Shown here in pieces: positions 18,983-28,743 of a stretch of 64,000 bases of DNA; the stretch's first letter is position 1; each line of letters opens with the position of its first letter. A program made the translations under genes and the position numbers. The notes under the pieces are model-generated. The model was not told where the DNA came from, ran no database searches, and saw only the letters and a list, made by a program, of their open reading frames with translations. This stretch comes from an uncultured Clostridia bacterium (GTDB lineage: Bacteria; Bacillota; Clostridia; TANB77; CAG-508). The stretch is taken from the NCBI GenBank assembly GCA_934182465.1, contig CAKPRG010000001.1:273549-337548 (forward strand). The letters are read 5' to 3'.

Positions 18983-21112
18983 GTGATGATGCTGAGACAA
19001 AAGAGTGAAATTGAAAAATCAAATTTTAGATATAATGTAATAACAACAATTATATATGTTTTAGGAATTATAATATTAATGCAATTATTTAATTTACAGA
19101 TTGTAAATGGTAATGAATATAGGGAAACATCAAATACAAAATTATCTAGAGAGGGAAAGATAGAAGCAGCAAGAGGAAATATTTCAGATAGAACAGGTAT
19201 AGTACTTGCATCCACAGATTCTGGATTTTCTGTGGAAATGTATAAGACAAATGTAGAAAATAGTGTATTAAATCATTCTATTTTAACAATGACATCTATA
19301 TTAGAACAAAATGGAGATTCATACATAAATCCTTTTCCAATAAGCATAAACCCATTTAACTATAATTTTAATTCTGATGAAGAACTAAATGCTTGGAAAA
19401 AGAAATATAAAATTCCAGAAACAGCCTCAGCAGAAGAAGCATTCTATTTATTTAGAGATAAATACCAAATAGATTCAGAAGATATATCTGAAATAGCAAA
19501 AATATTAGCTATAAGATATGCAATTACAACACAGGGGTATTCAAATACAAAGTCAATTCAAATTTCAAGTGAAATCAGTAGAAATAGTGCAGTTCAACTT
19601 CAAGAAAGAAGTTCAGAACTTACTGGTGTAAGTATAGTTCAACAACCAATTAGAAAATATACAAGAGGAACACTAGCATCACATATTATAGGATATGTAA
19701 GTAGAATAACAGATAATAATAAAAAAGATTTTGAAAGTAGAAATGATACGCATAAATATGAAGCAGATGACAAAGTAGGACAAACAGGTATAGAAAAAGT
19801 TTTTGAAGAATATCTTAGAGGAGATGATGGAACAAAACAAATTGATATGTCTGTTGATGGTACAATCACTGGTGAATATACATCACAAGAAGCTGTTGGA
19901 GGTGCAAACATAGTATTAACAATAGATGCTAATTTACAATCTGTTGCGGAAAATGCTTTAAAAAATAACATTGAGAAAATTAGAAATGGTGGATTTGGTA
20001 AAGTTTATGATGCAAATGGTGGTTGTGTAGTAGTAACAAATGTAAAAACAGGAGAAATACTTGCTATGGCAAGTTATCCAGATTACAATCCAGAATATTT
20101 TTATAATGGAATTTCAAATGATAAATGGCAAGAATATAACAATTCTACAACAACACCTTTAAGAAATAGAGCAATTCAGAATGCTTATGCACCAGGTTCT
20201 ATATTTAAAATGATTACAGCAATAGCTGGATTACAAGAAGAAAAAATAAAAATCAATGATTACATAAATGATGTTGGACAATACTATGTTGATGGAACAG
20301 ATAAACCATATAAGTGTTGGATTTTTACAGATTATGGACATGGACATGGCAGAGTAAATGTAATTTCAGCAATTCAAAAATCATGTAACTATTATTTCTA
20401 TGAAGTTGGAAATAGATTAGGAATAGACTTAATAAAAAAATATGCTAAATATTTTGGATTAGGACAAAAAACAGGAATAGAATTACCAAGTGAAGTAAGC
20501 GGAACTGTACCAAGCCAAGAATTGGTAAAAGAAAATGAAAAAAGAAATTGGTCATCAGCAGATACAATTATTTCTGCTATTGGACAAAGTTACAACAACT
20601 ATACACCAATTCAAATGTCGAAATACATTGCAATGCTTGCAAATGGTGGTAAAAAAATAGATTTATCAATAATCAAAAATGTTGTACTTTCTAATGGTAC
20701 ACAAGTTGCCAAATCAGAAATAGATGAATTTGTAAAGAATAAATTAAATTTACAAGATGATGATTCAGAAAATATAGAAATTAGTCAAGAAAACTTAAAT
20801 GCAGTATTAGAAGGAATGAGATCTGTTGCGGAAGATGGAGGAACAGCATATTCTGTGTTTAAAGATTTTGATGTAAGTGTTGGTGGAAAAACCGGTTCTG
20901 CTGAAGCTGGAAAGTATGTAAATGCATGGTTTACAGGATTTGCACCATTTGAAGATCCAGAAATCTCTATAGTAGTTATGGTAGAAAATGGTGGTCATGG
21001 AAATTATACTGCAGAAGTTGTAAGAGAAATTATGTCAGAATATTTTGGTATGAATGTAGCAAATGTAACAGAAGATATGAGTGCAAAATTAGAAACAGAA
21101 AGTTTCAGATAA
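18983..21112 (+). CDS. mrdA: Penicillin-binding protein 2 (class B transpeptidase)
   Basis: Transpeptidase motifs SIFK (SxxK), SCN (SxN) and KTGS (KTG) follow the PBP dimerisation region. Conserved position after mreD. Confidence 0.85.
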   Translation: MMMLRQKSEIEKSNFRYNVITTIIYVLGIIILMQLFNLQIVNGNEYRETSNTKLSREGKIEAARGNISDRTGIVLASTDSGFSVEMYKTNVENSVLNHSILTMTSILEQNGDSYINPFPISINPFNYNFNSDEELNAWKKKYKIPETASAEEAFYLFRDKYQIDSEDISEIAKILAIRYAITTQGYSNTKSIQISSEISRNSAVQLQERSSELTGVSIVQQPIRKYTRGTLASHIIGYVSRITDNNKKDFESRNDTHKYEADDKVGQTGIEKVFEEYLRGDDGTKQIDMSVDGTITGEYTSQEAVGGANIVLTIDANLQSVAENALKNNIEKIRNGGFGKVYDANGGCVVVTNVKTGEILAMASYPDYNPEYFYNGISNDKWQEYNNSTTTPLRNRAIQNAYAPGSIFKMITAIAGLQEEKIKINDYINDVGQYYVDGTDKPYKCWIFTDYGHGHGRVNVISAIQKSCNYYFYEVGNRLGIDLIKKYAKYFGLGQKTGIELPSEVSGTVPSQELVKENEKRNWSSADTIISAIGQSYNNYTPIQMSKYIAMLANGGKKIDLSIIKNVVLSNGTQVAKSEIDEFVKNKLNLQDDDSENIEISQENLNAVLEGMRSVAEDGGTAYSVFKDFDVSVGGKTGSAEAGKYVNAWFTGFAPFEDPEISIVVMVENGGHGNYTAEVVREIMSEYFGMNVANVTEDMSAKLETESFR

Positions 21113-21120
21113 AAGAAAGG

Positions 21121-21735
21121 ATGTGCAATATGCTAAACAATATTAAAATTAGTCAAACTACAGAAGAAATTATTTTAAATGTTAATGTAATTGCAGAAAT
21201 ACAAGAAGTTTTGGAAGAATTACAAACAAAAATACCAAAACTTAGAGATTTTTATCAATCATCAAAAATACCAATAAGAGTTACAGGAAAACTTTTTTCT
21301 GAAACTGAAATAGAGATGATTAAAAAAATTATAAATGATGAAATAGAGGTAGATGTCAAATTTGATGACGTATCAGACCTTTTAGGACTTCATGCTATAA
21401 AGAAAACTTTTGAAACAAAAACAGAAATATCTGAAACAAAATATATACAAAATTGCATTCGTTCTGGTCAAAAAGAGGAATATTCTGGAAGCTTAGTAAT
21501 ATTTGGAGATGTTAATGCAGGTGCTGAAATAATAGCAGGTGGAAATATAGCAATACTAGGATCTCTAAGGGGATTAGCTCATGCAGGTGCTAATGGTAAT
21601 ACAATGGCTGTTATTTCTGCAAATTCAATTGATGTTACACAAGTCAGAATTGCTAATCTAGTAAGAGAAATTGAACTAAAAATAGATAAATGTCCAGTTT
21701 GCAAAATTAAAGATAATAATATTGTGATAGAATAG
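21121..21735 (+). CDS. minC: Septum site-determining protein MinC
   Basis: C-terminal beta-helix VIFGDVNAGAEIIAGGNIAILGSLRGLAHAGANGN. Confidence 0.8.
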   Translation: MCNMLNNIKISQTTEEIILNVNVIAEIQEVLEELQTKIPKLRDFYQSSKIPIRVTGKLFSETEIEMIKKIINDEIEVDVKFDDVSDLLGLHAIKKTFETKTEISETKYIQNCIRSGQKEEYSGSLVIFGDVNAGAEIIAGGNIAILGSLRGLAHAGANGNTMAVISANSIDVTQVRIANLVREIELKIDKCPVCKIKDNNIVIE

Positions 21736-21971
21736 AGAAATAACTAACGATAGATGATAATATATCTAATATTTAAATAATGAAAATCATATATTTAAAG
21801 ATATAAGTTTAATTGAAAATCAGTAATAGACAAATTAGAGGAATAGTAAAGTCAGTTGAGTTTTCGTTTAACAATATAATAGCAAGTACAATTAATAAAA
21901 TATCATCAATATACAAAGATGTACCATTTAAGTTTATAAGTGGTACATCTTTACTTATATGAGTAAAATTT

Positions 21972-22418
21972 TCAATTATCTGATTTATGGTCATTTGAAA
22001 AAGCTCCTCCATTTGAATTGAAAAGTTCTAATATATTTAGTAGATTAGCATATTTGATGTATTCATCAAGTTTTTCTTGTTTTTCTTTACGCAAAAAAGG
22101 TTTTAAAGAATTTAATAAGTTGTTTCTAGGCACATTTTTTGAGTTCATTTGTTGCATTATATTTTTAATTTTTAATATAGTTTCGATATCTAAATTGAAG
22201 TCATTTGAAGTGTTTGAAGCTGTATCTACTGTATTGAATGATGTTTGAGCATTAGTTGTATTAGCATTACTATTAGATGTTGGAGAATCTGCAACTTTGT
22301 TTAGTATTTGATTTATATCTATATTTTTCTCTTTTAAAATATTAGAAAATTGATTCATAACATTAGACATATCTTCATTCACTTTAATTCTCATTCCTTT
22401 CTTTTTTATGTTTGGCAT
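21972..22418 (-). CDS. Hypothetical protein (148 aa), S/N/T-rich centre
   Basis: Convergent with minC. No recognisable domain. Confidence 0.45.
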   Translation of the reverse strand: MPNIKKKGMRIKVNEDMSNVMNQFSNILKEKNIDINQILNKVADSPTSNSNANTTNAQTSFNTVDTASNTSNDFNLDIETILKIKNIMQQMNSKNVPRNNLLNSLKPFLRKEKQEKLDEYIKYANLLNILELFNSNGGAFSNDHKSDN

Positions 22419-22518
22419 ATACGGTTAAAACAGTATTTGTAGTTAAATAGTTAAAACTATATAATACTTCAATATATAATAATTTAATAAATTTTTGCTA
22501 TAACACATATAAAATCAT

Positions 22519-22653
22519 ATTTAATTATTATTTGTTTTGGTTATTCTTTCCAATATTACTGTTATTTAATATTTGTTGTGCTTTATTTATGTTCTTTTCT
22601 AATTCTTCTTTATCCATTTTAGAAATCATTGCTAGTAATTGATTAATATCTAA
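22519..22653 (-). CDS. Small hypothetical protein (44 aa, MNNLDINQLLAMISKMDKEELEKNINKAQQILNN...)
   Basis: Absent from the ORF track (<60 aa). Strong RBS GGAGGT 7 nt upstream and a double TAA stop. Resembles segments of the neighbouring 148-aa protein. Confidence 0.4.
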
Positions 22654-22983
22654 ATTATTCATAGATAGTACCTCCTTAATATTCTAATATAATATATGCA
22701 AAAGATAAAAAAAGTTGAATAAATTGATAAAATTTCATAAAATTACTAAATTTTGAAAAAGTAATAAAAATTTAATATTGAAAAAATGTTATTCAAAACC
22801 TTAAAGTTCCGTAATAAAAAAATTAATGAAAGCTTGTAATAATTGAAAAAAGGCAATTTTTGGCTATGTACAAAATAAAAAAATTGATTTAGTATAAATA
22901 TATATATTAAATAAAGTTAGGTAAAAAAGTGCTATAAATAGTGCTAATAAAGATAACTAAAGAAAAAGGAAAGGGATTTGAAT

Positions 22984-25900
22984 ATGAAGAAAACTTTGAA
23001 AAAAAGCATTGTTTTAGTAATATTATTCGTACTTACAGTTGCAAATTATGGTTTTGCAATTGAAGCTATTGCTACTGAGAGTGCTTCTGTTTTTGAAACA
23101 GGAATATTCAAAAAAAGCTATGTTGATCTAAAAGCATATTTTGATGACAACGAGAAAACGAAAGAAAAACAAGCAAATGTAAACGATAAAGTTACTATAA
23201 CAACAGTATTAAGTCCAAAGGTAGATGGACTTTTGAAAGATGGAACTTTGAAATTAAATCTAGAAGATAGTGATAATGTAAATTTCAAAATAACATCAGT
23301 AACTAAAGATGGTGAAGAAAACACTGAAAATAGCGAAGCAAATAATTCATCTAATACATCAAATTCAGTAATAGATAGCAAAGGAAATGTAGATGATATT
23401 AGTGCAGCATTAAAAGGTGTAGTTGATTTGCAAAAGTCAGAAGAAAGTACTGAAAACAAAACAGTAGATTTACAAAAAGATACAGAAAATACAGCTGCAA
23501 CAGAAACAACTAAAAATGAAACAGAAAATAATGTAGTTGAAAATACCAATAATGCTACAGAAAATGTAGTAAAAGAAACAAATACTACTGATGAAAATAC
23601 TACTAATACAGAAGGAACAATAGATAATTCAACTTCAGAAAATACTACAACTGAAGAAGTAAATGATGAAGCAAAAGTTATTGAACAAGTAACACAAGAA
23701 GCAATAGAAGCTAAAAAAGAAAATTCAAATAGCGAGTTTTCTATCGCATCTGAAAATGAAATTGCTATAAAAAATATGTTAAAAGAAACAAAAATTAAAA
23801 TAACAATTCAATATAAACAAGGAGATACTGTAGATATATCTAATTTATATAAGAAACTAAAATTAGATTTAACAGGAACTTTTGTAAATACAGACTTAGA
23901 AGAAATAGCAATATCAGAAGAAAGCAAATTAACTTTAGAATGGAATTATAGTAAAGATATTGAAGTATCTTCAGAATATACAAAAGTATCTCCATTTAGT
24001 ATCAGTGATGTAAATGGTACTATAGTAAAAAACGAAATATCTGTAAAAAGAGAAATTACAGATGAAAATTATCTACCAATCAAAGAAACAAGTATAAAAA
24101 TACAAGTCCCAGAATTAAAAGGAAAATATCCAACAACAGTAAGTGTAAATGCAAATAAGTTGATGGCTACAAAAGGAGAAGAATTTGGAGCTGTAACTTT
24201 TGATGAAAATAATTGGAATTATGATGAAAAGACACATACATTAAATATATCTGTAAAAAATGAAAATGATGGAAAAGCAATAAATACACAAGGTGAAGAT
24301 ATATATGTAGTGTCTTATAGATATGAAGATTATATAAGTGATGCAAATGTACAACTTGGAAAAGACATTACAGTTAAAGTAGAAGAATATAGTGGAAAAC
24401 AGAATAATATTCAAGAGAAAAAAATAAAAACAGAACAAGAAAAAGAAATTGATGTAGGTGAGTTAATTACATATTCAGTTGGAACAACAGAAGAACCTAT
24501 AAATAAAGGAAAAATAAATGCTAACTATTATTCAGAAACACAATATGAAACAGAATTAAAAACAATTGTAAATGTAAATGTACTAACAAGTGATATGTTA
24601 GACATGATCTTATTAAAAGGAACAAATGACAGTTATATTGATGTAAATGGAAATGTATTTAATGCAGAAGAAGATATTAAATACAAAGGAGTTAATTTTA
24701 ATTATTCAGAAATAAAAAGTATTTTAGAAAATAATGGAACAATAGATTTATTAGATAAAGATGGAAACATTATTTATACAATGAATAGTTCAAATACAAC
24801 ATCAGATGAAGAAGCAAAAATAGAATTAGCAGAATACACATCAAACTTACAAATAAGAATTAATTCAGTAAAAACAAATGGAAACTTAACAGTTGAATTC
24901 GTAAAAGTAATTCAAAAAAGTAATTTTGAACCAACTGCATTTAGTACTTTTAAATCTATAAAAAGTAAAGTAGTTGCAGAAATTAAATATGTTGGAAAAG
25001 ATGATGTATATACTTTAAAAGAAATCGAAACAGAAAAAGCTCTTTCAGAGAGTTACACAAAAGCAAAATTAAGTATAAATAAAGATTACTTAACAACAAC
25101 ACAATCAAATGAAAATGTTGAATTAAAAGTAGAATTAAACAACAATGAAGAAACTAGTGATTTATATAAAAATCCATATTTTGAAATAGTATTTCCTAAA
25201 TATGTAAAATCAGTTGAAGTTCAGAGTATGAACTTAGTTTATGAAAATGGATTGAAAGTAAGTGATTTCCAAACAGAAACTAAAGGAGAAAATGTTAAAC
25301 TAAGAGTTGAATTAACAGGTACACAAGAAGGATTTGGAGAAGGAAACATAGGAAATAGTACAAGTGTTGTAATTAACTGCAAAATTGATGTAGATGAAGC
25401 AACACCAAGAAAAGAAGATCAAATTAAATTATATTATTGCAATGAAGCAGTTACAAATTATGAATCACAAACTAAATGGACAATTGGAAAACAAATACCA
25501 AGTAGCATAATAAAATCTACAAACGGATTTGATGCAGAAGTAATAGAATATCAAGCACCAACAGGATTAATTGCAGTAAATACAATCAAAAATTATGATG
25601 GAAATGCAAGTGAAATTAAATCTGTAAAACAAGGAACTGTTACAAAACAAATTGATAGAGAAAAAGGTTCTCAAATAGCTCAAATGCAAATTACTGCATT
25701 GAACAATACAGGAAATGATTGTACAGATATTGTTTTAGTAGGAAGAATACCATTCCAAGGAAACAAAAATGTAATAACAAATGAAGATTTAGGAACAACA
25801 ACAGATACAACAATAAAAGAAAGAATAAAAGCAGATGGACAAAATACATTAAATGCTGCAATATATTATTCAACAAATCCAGATGCAAATAAAAATTTAA

Positions 25901-28731
25901 CAGATAATGGAAATGGATGGACACAAGAAATTACTAATATTAGCGAAATGAAATCTTACTTAATTGTAGTTGATGGAACTATGAAAGCAGGAGATGTATT
26001 AAAATATACTTATGATTTTGAAATTCCAGAGAATTTACCATATGAAGCAGGAATTTATGGTACATTTTCAGCATACTACAACAACAACTCAGATGTAGCA
26101 GTTGTTTATGAAAGTACATCAGCAGATAAAGTTGGTTTAACTACAGAATCTGGACCAAAAGTAGAAGCTAATTTAAGTGTAGACTTAGGAGATGGAGCAG
26201 AAGTATTAGAAGGTAAAAGATTAAAATACAATTTAAATATTACTAATACAGGAAGTATAGATATAAAAGATGCAGTAGCAAAAGTGAATATACCTAAATA
26301 TACAGAATATACAGAACAAAGAAGTACATCAGGTAATAATGGAGATTATGGATTTGTTAGCTATGTAAATTATGAAAATGCAGAAGATGAAGAAAAAGAT
26401 CAATTAAACCGTTTTAACAAAAATGGAGTAATTGAAATACCAGTAGGAGAAATAAAAGCTGGAGAAAGTTTCGATAGTAGTTTTTATTTAACAGCAAAAA
26501 CTATACCAACATTAGAAGAATACGTATCAGATTTAGGTGTTACATCTGGAAATGACGATTCAGGATATTATTATGAAGATGAATCTGGTAATAAAACTTA
26601 TGTTGATAAAGTTCCAGATTTATGGATTGAAACAAAAGCAACATTAGAAAGCTCAACTTTTGCAAATAGTGTTGAAAGTAATATGATAAGAAATAAAATT
26701 AAAAAAGCTAATTTCTTATCAACAATTTCTATTAAATATGATAATGAATTACAAATTGGATATGAAAGTGATTTAAGTTTAGAATTAGAAAATATTTCAG
26801 GACAGGAATTACATAATGTTAAAGCAATATTACATACAAATCAATATATGCCATATTCTTCAGGAGAATGTGAAAAAGATGGAACACAAATAACATATGA
26901 TGAAAAACAGCATACTGTAATATATAACATTGGTACTTTAGAAATTGATGAAGGTATAAGCTTAAAAACAATTTTAACAACTCTTAATATTCCAAAAGGT
27001 GAAGAAAATTATGATTGTTATTTTGAATTAAAAGCAGATGGTATTGATACAGAACAGAGTACATCAATACCAAGAAAAATTGTAAAATCATATATAACAG
27101 CAACTCAATCAAATACAATTCTAAATAAGCAAATAAAAGAAGAAGAAAGTTTTACATTAACAATAAAAGTAAAAAATGAAGGCAAAATATCTGCAACGAA
27201 TGCAAATTTAAAATTAGAATTTCCAGAAGTATTAAAAATACAAAGTGTAAAATATGATGGTGATTTAAGTGGAATATTACAAGATGGTAATGGAACAAAT
27301 ACTATAGATGCTAAACTTCCTATATTACCAGCCAATAACACAATAAATATTAATATTACTTTTGTAACTAAGAATAATGATGGAAGTGAAAATACAAATG
27401 TAACTTTACAACCAATATTATCAAATGAAAATCAAGATAATATAACTTTAGAAAAAACTGAATTTATAGTAGTAAATGATAAACTAACTGAAAAAGAGGA
27501 AGAAGAAATAAGACAAAAAGAATCTGAAGCTGAGCAAGAAAAACAAAGACAAGAAGATAAAGCTAATGCAGATAAAGAAAGCATGTCAAACAATAATAAT
27601 AATAATAATAATAATTCAAACTCTAGCAATAATAATAATTTATCAAATTCTTCAGATAATTCTAATAGCAATACAAATCAAAATACAAATAATGCAATTA
27701 TAAATAATTCTAATAATAATTCTAATAATTCAAATAACTCAACAACAGTACAAGACGAAAAGTATACTATTGGAGGAATTGCTTGGATTGATGAAAATAA
27801 AGATGGTATTAGAGATGAAAATGAAACTAAATTAAAAGGAGTAAAAGCAAATTTAATTAGTGTTTCAGATAGTAAAGTTATTCAAACAATAGAAACAGCA
27901 GAAGATGGTGCTTATGTATTTAGAAATGTAAGTAAAGGAAAGTATGTAATAACTTTTGAATATGATCAAGAAGTATATGAATTAACAGTATATAGAAAAA
28001 ATGGAGCAGCTGAAAACGTAAATTCAGATGTAACAATGAATAAAAATTCAAAAATTGCAATTACAGATCAAATAACAGTTGAATCAGATGTTACTAATAT
28101 AGATATAGGTTTAATTAGTAGTAAAATATTTGATTTAAAAATAAATAAATATTTAACACATGCAAAAGTATCTGTAAAAGATAAAACAAAAGATTATGAT
28201 TTTGATAATAAAGAAATTGCCAAAGTAGAAATAAAAGCAAAAGATTTAAAGAAAGCTAAAGTAGAATTAGAATATACGATTGTTGTAGAAAATATAGGAA
28301 ATATAGAAGGCTATGTAGAAAAATTAGTTGATTATCTAGGAAATGATTTAGCTTTTGAAGAAAGCGATAATTCAATTTGGTACTTAGGAAATGATGGTAA
28401 ACTATATACAAAAAATTTAGACAATACAAGTTTAAAACCAGGTGAAAAAAGAGAATTAAAATTAAAATTAACAAAACAAATGACAGAAGATAATACAGGT
28501 TTTGTTAGTAATAAAGCAGAAATCGTAAGTAGTTATAGTAACACAAACTTAAATGAAAATACAAAAAATAATTCAAGTGTTCAAAATACAGCAATTTCTG
28601 TAGCAACAGGTAATACAGTTCAAATATTAAGTGGAATTACAATATTAGCAATAACTGCAACAGCGGTATATATGATATACATTGGAAAAATAAAAATTCC
28701 AAAAATAAACGGAAAGAAATTTTATAAGTAA
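22984..28731 (+). CDS. Giant surface protein A1 (about 1915 aa): signal peptide, DUF11-like repeats, poly-N linker, SdrD-B-like domain, C-terminal sorting-signal-like tail
   Basis: Signal peptide KKSIVLVILFVLTVANYGFAIEA. DUF11-like LKYNLNITNTGSIDIKDAVAKVNIP. SdrD-B motif GGIAWIDENKDGIRDENE...DGAYVFRNVSKGKYVITFEY. Tail SVATGN, hydrophobic segment, KIKIPK. ATG 22984 with an RBS. Confidence 0.8.
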   Translation: MKKTLKKSIVLVILFVLTVANYGFAIEAIATESASVFETGIFKKSYVDLKAYFDDNEKTKEKQANVNDKVTITTVLSPKVDGLLKDGTLKLNLEDSDNVNFKITSVTKDGEENTENSEANNSSNTSNSVIDSKGNVDDISAALKGVVDLQKSEESTENKTVDLQKDTENTAATETTKNETENNVVENTNNATENVVKETNTTDENTTNTEGTIDNSTSENTTTEEVNDEAKVIEQVTQEAIEAKKENSNSEFSIASENEIAIKNMLKETKIKITIQYKQGDTVDISNLYKKLKLDLTGTFVNTDLEEIAISEESKLTLEWNYSKDIEVSSEYTKVSPFSISDVNGTIVKNEISVKREITDENYLPIKETSIKIQVPELKGKYPTTVSVNANKLMATKGEEFGAVTFDENNWNYDEKTHTLNISVKNENDGKAINTQGEDIYVVSYRYEDYISDANVQLGKDITVKVEEYSGKQNNIQEKKIKTEQEKEIDVGELITYSVGTTEEPINKGKINANYYSETQYETELKTIVNVNVLTSDMLDMILLKGTNDSYIDVNGNVFNAEEDIKYKGVNFNYSEIKSILENNGTIDLLDKDGNIIYTMNSSNTTSDEEAKIELAEYTSNLQIRINSVKTNGNLTVEFVKVIQKSNFEPTAFSTFKSIKSKVVAEIKYVGKDDVYTLKEIETEKALSESYTKAKLSINKDYLTTTQSNENVELKVELNNNEETSDLYKNPYFEIVFPKYVKSVEVQSMNLVYENGLKVSDFQTETKGENVKLRVELTGTQEGFGEGNIGNSTSVVINCKIDVDEATPRKEDQIKLYYCNEAVTNYESQTKWTIGKQIPSSIIKSTNGFDAEVIEYQAPTGLIAVNTIKNYDGNASEIKSVKQGTVTKQIDREKGSQIAQMQITALNNTGNDCTDIVLVGRIPFQGNKNVITNEDLGTTTDTTIKERIKADGQNTLNAAIYYSTNPDANKNLTDNGNGWTQEITNISEMKSYLIVVDGTMKAGDVLKYTYDFEIPENLPYEAGIYGTFSAYYNNNSDVAVVYESTSADKVGLTTESGPKVEANLSVDLGDGAEVLEGKRLKYNLNITNTGSIDIKDAVAKVNIPKYTEYTEQRSTSGNNGDYGFVSYVNYENAEDEEKDQLNRFNKNGVIEIPVGEIKAGESFDSSFYLTAKTIPTLEEYVSDLGVTSGNDDSGYYYEDESGNKTYVDKVPDLWIETKATLESSTFANSVESNMIRNKIKKANFLSTISIKYDNELQIGYESDLSLELENISGQELHNVKAILHTNQYMPYSSGECEKDGTQITYDEKQHTVIYNIGTLEIDEGISLKTILTTLNIPKGEENYDCYFELKADGIDTEQSTSIPRKIVKSYITATQSNTILNKQIKEEESFTLTIKVKNEGKISATNANLKLEFPEVLKIQSVKYDGDLSGILQDGNGTNTIDAKLPILPANNTININITFVTKNNDGSENTNVTLQPILSNENQDNITLEKTEFIVVNDKLTEKEEEEIRQKESEAEQEKQRQEDKANADKESMSNNNNNNNNNSNSSNNNNLSNSSDNSNSNTNQNTNNAIINNSNNNSNNSNNSTTVQDEKYTIGGIAWIDENKDGIRDENETKLKGVKANLISVSDSKVIQTIETAEDGAYVFRNVSKGKYVITFEYDQEVYELTVYRKNGAAENVNSDVTMNKNSKIAITDQITVESDVTNIDIGLISSKIFDLKINKYLTHAKVSVKDKTKDYDFDNKEIAKVEIKAKDLKKAKVELEYTIVVENIGNIEGYVEKLVDYLGNDLAFEESDNSIWYLGNDGKLYTKNLDNTSLKPGEKRELKLKLTKQMTEDNTGFVSNKAEIVSSYSNTNLNENTKNNSSVQNTAISVATGNTVQILSGITILAITATAVYMIYIGKIKIPKINGKKFYK
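27592..27615 (+). repeat. (AAT)8 trinucleotide microsatellite inside A1, part of a poly-Asn/Ser linker
   Basis: aataataataataataataataat read directly. It encodes N8 within SNNNNNNNNNSNSSNNNN. Confidence 0.8.
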
Positions 28732-28743
28732 GGAGGTGAAATT

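Noticed and set aside
21809-22012. 67-aa minus-strand ORF overlapping the 3' end of the 148-aa hypothetical gene
   Set aside because: It overlaps the 148-aa gene by 40 nt in another frame and has no RBS. I could not reconstruct a convincing single protein by a frameshift, so it is left uncalled. It could still be a C-terminal extension if an indel is present.
21736-22983. Searched for minD/minE or a sortase gene flanking the adhesin locus
   Set aside because: No ORF with the MinD deviant Walker A (GKGGVGKT), a MinE-like sequence, or the sortase TLxTC motif exists on either strand. Only the two small hypothetical genes are present.
23118-23549. Minus-strand ORFs (60-170 aa) scattered inside the giant adhesin genes, for example 23118-23549, 44579-45088 and 59248-59634
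   Set aside because: They are shadow ORFs antisense to long, clearly coding genes. Their translations are low-complexity (L/F/S-rich) mirror images of the N/T/K-rich sense frames, they have no RBS and they are not conserved between the paralogs.
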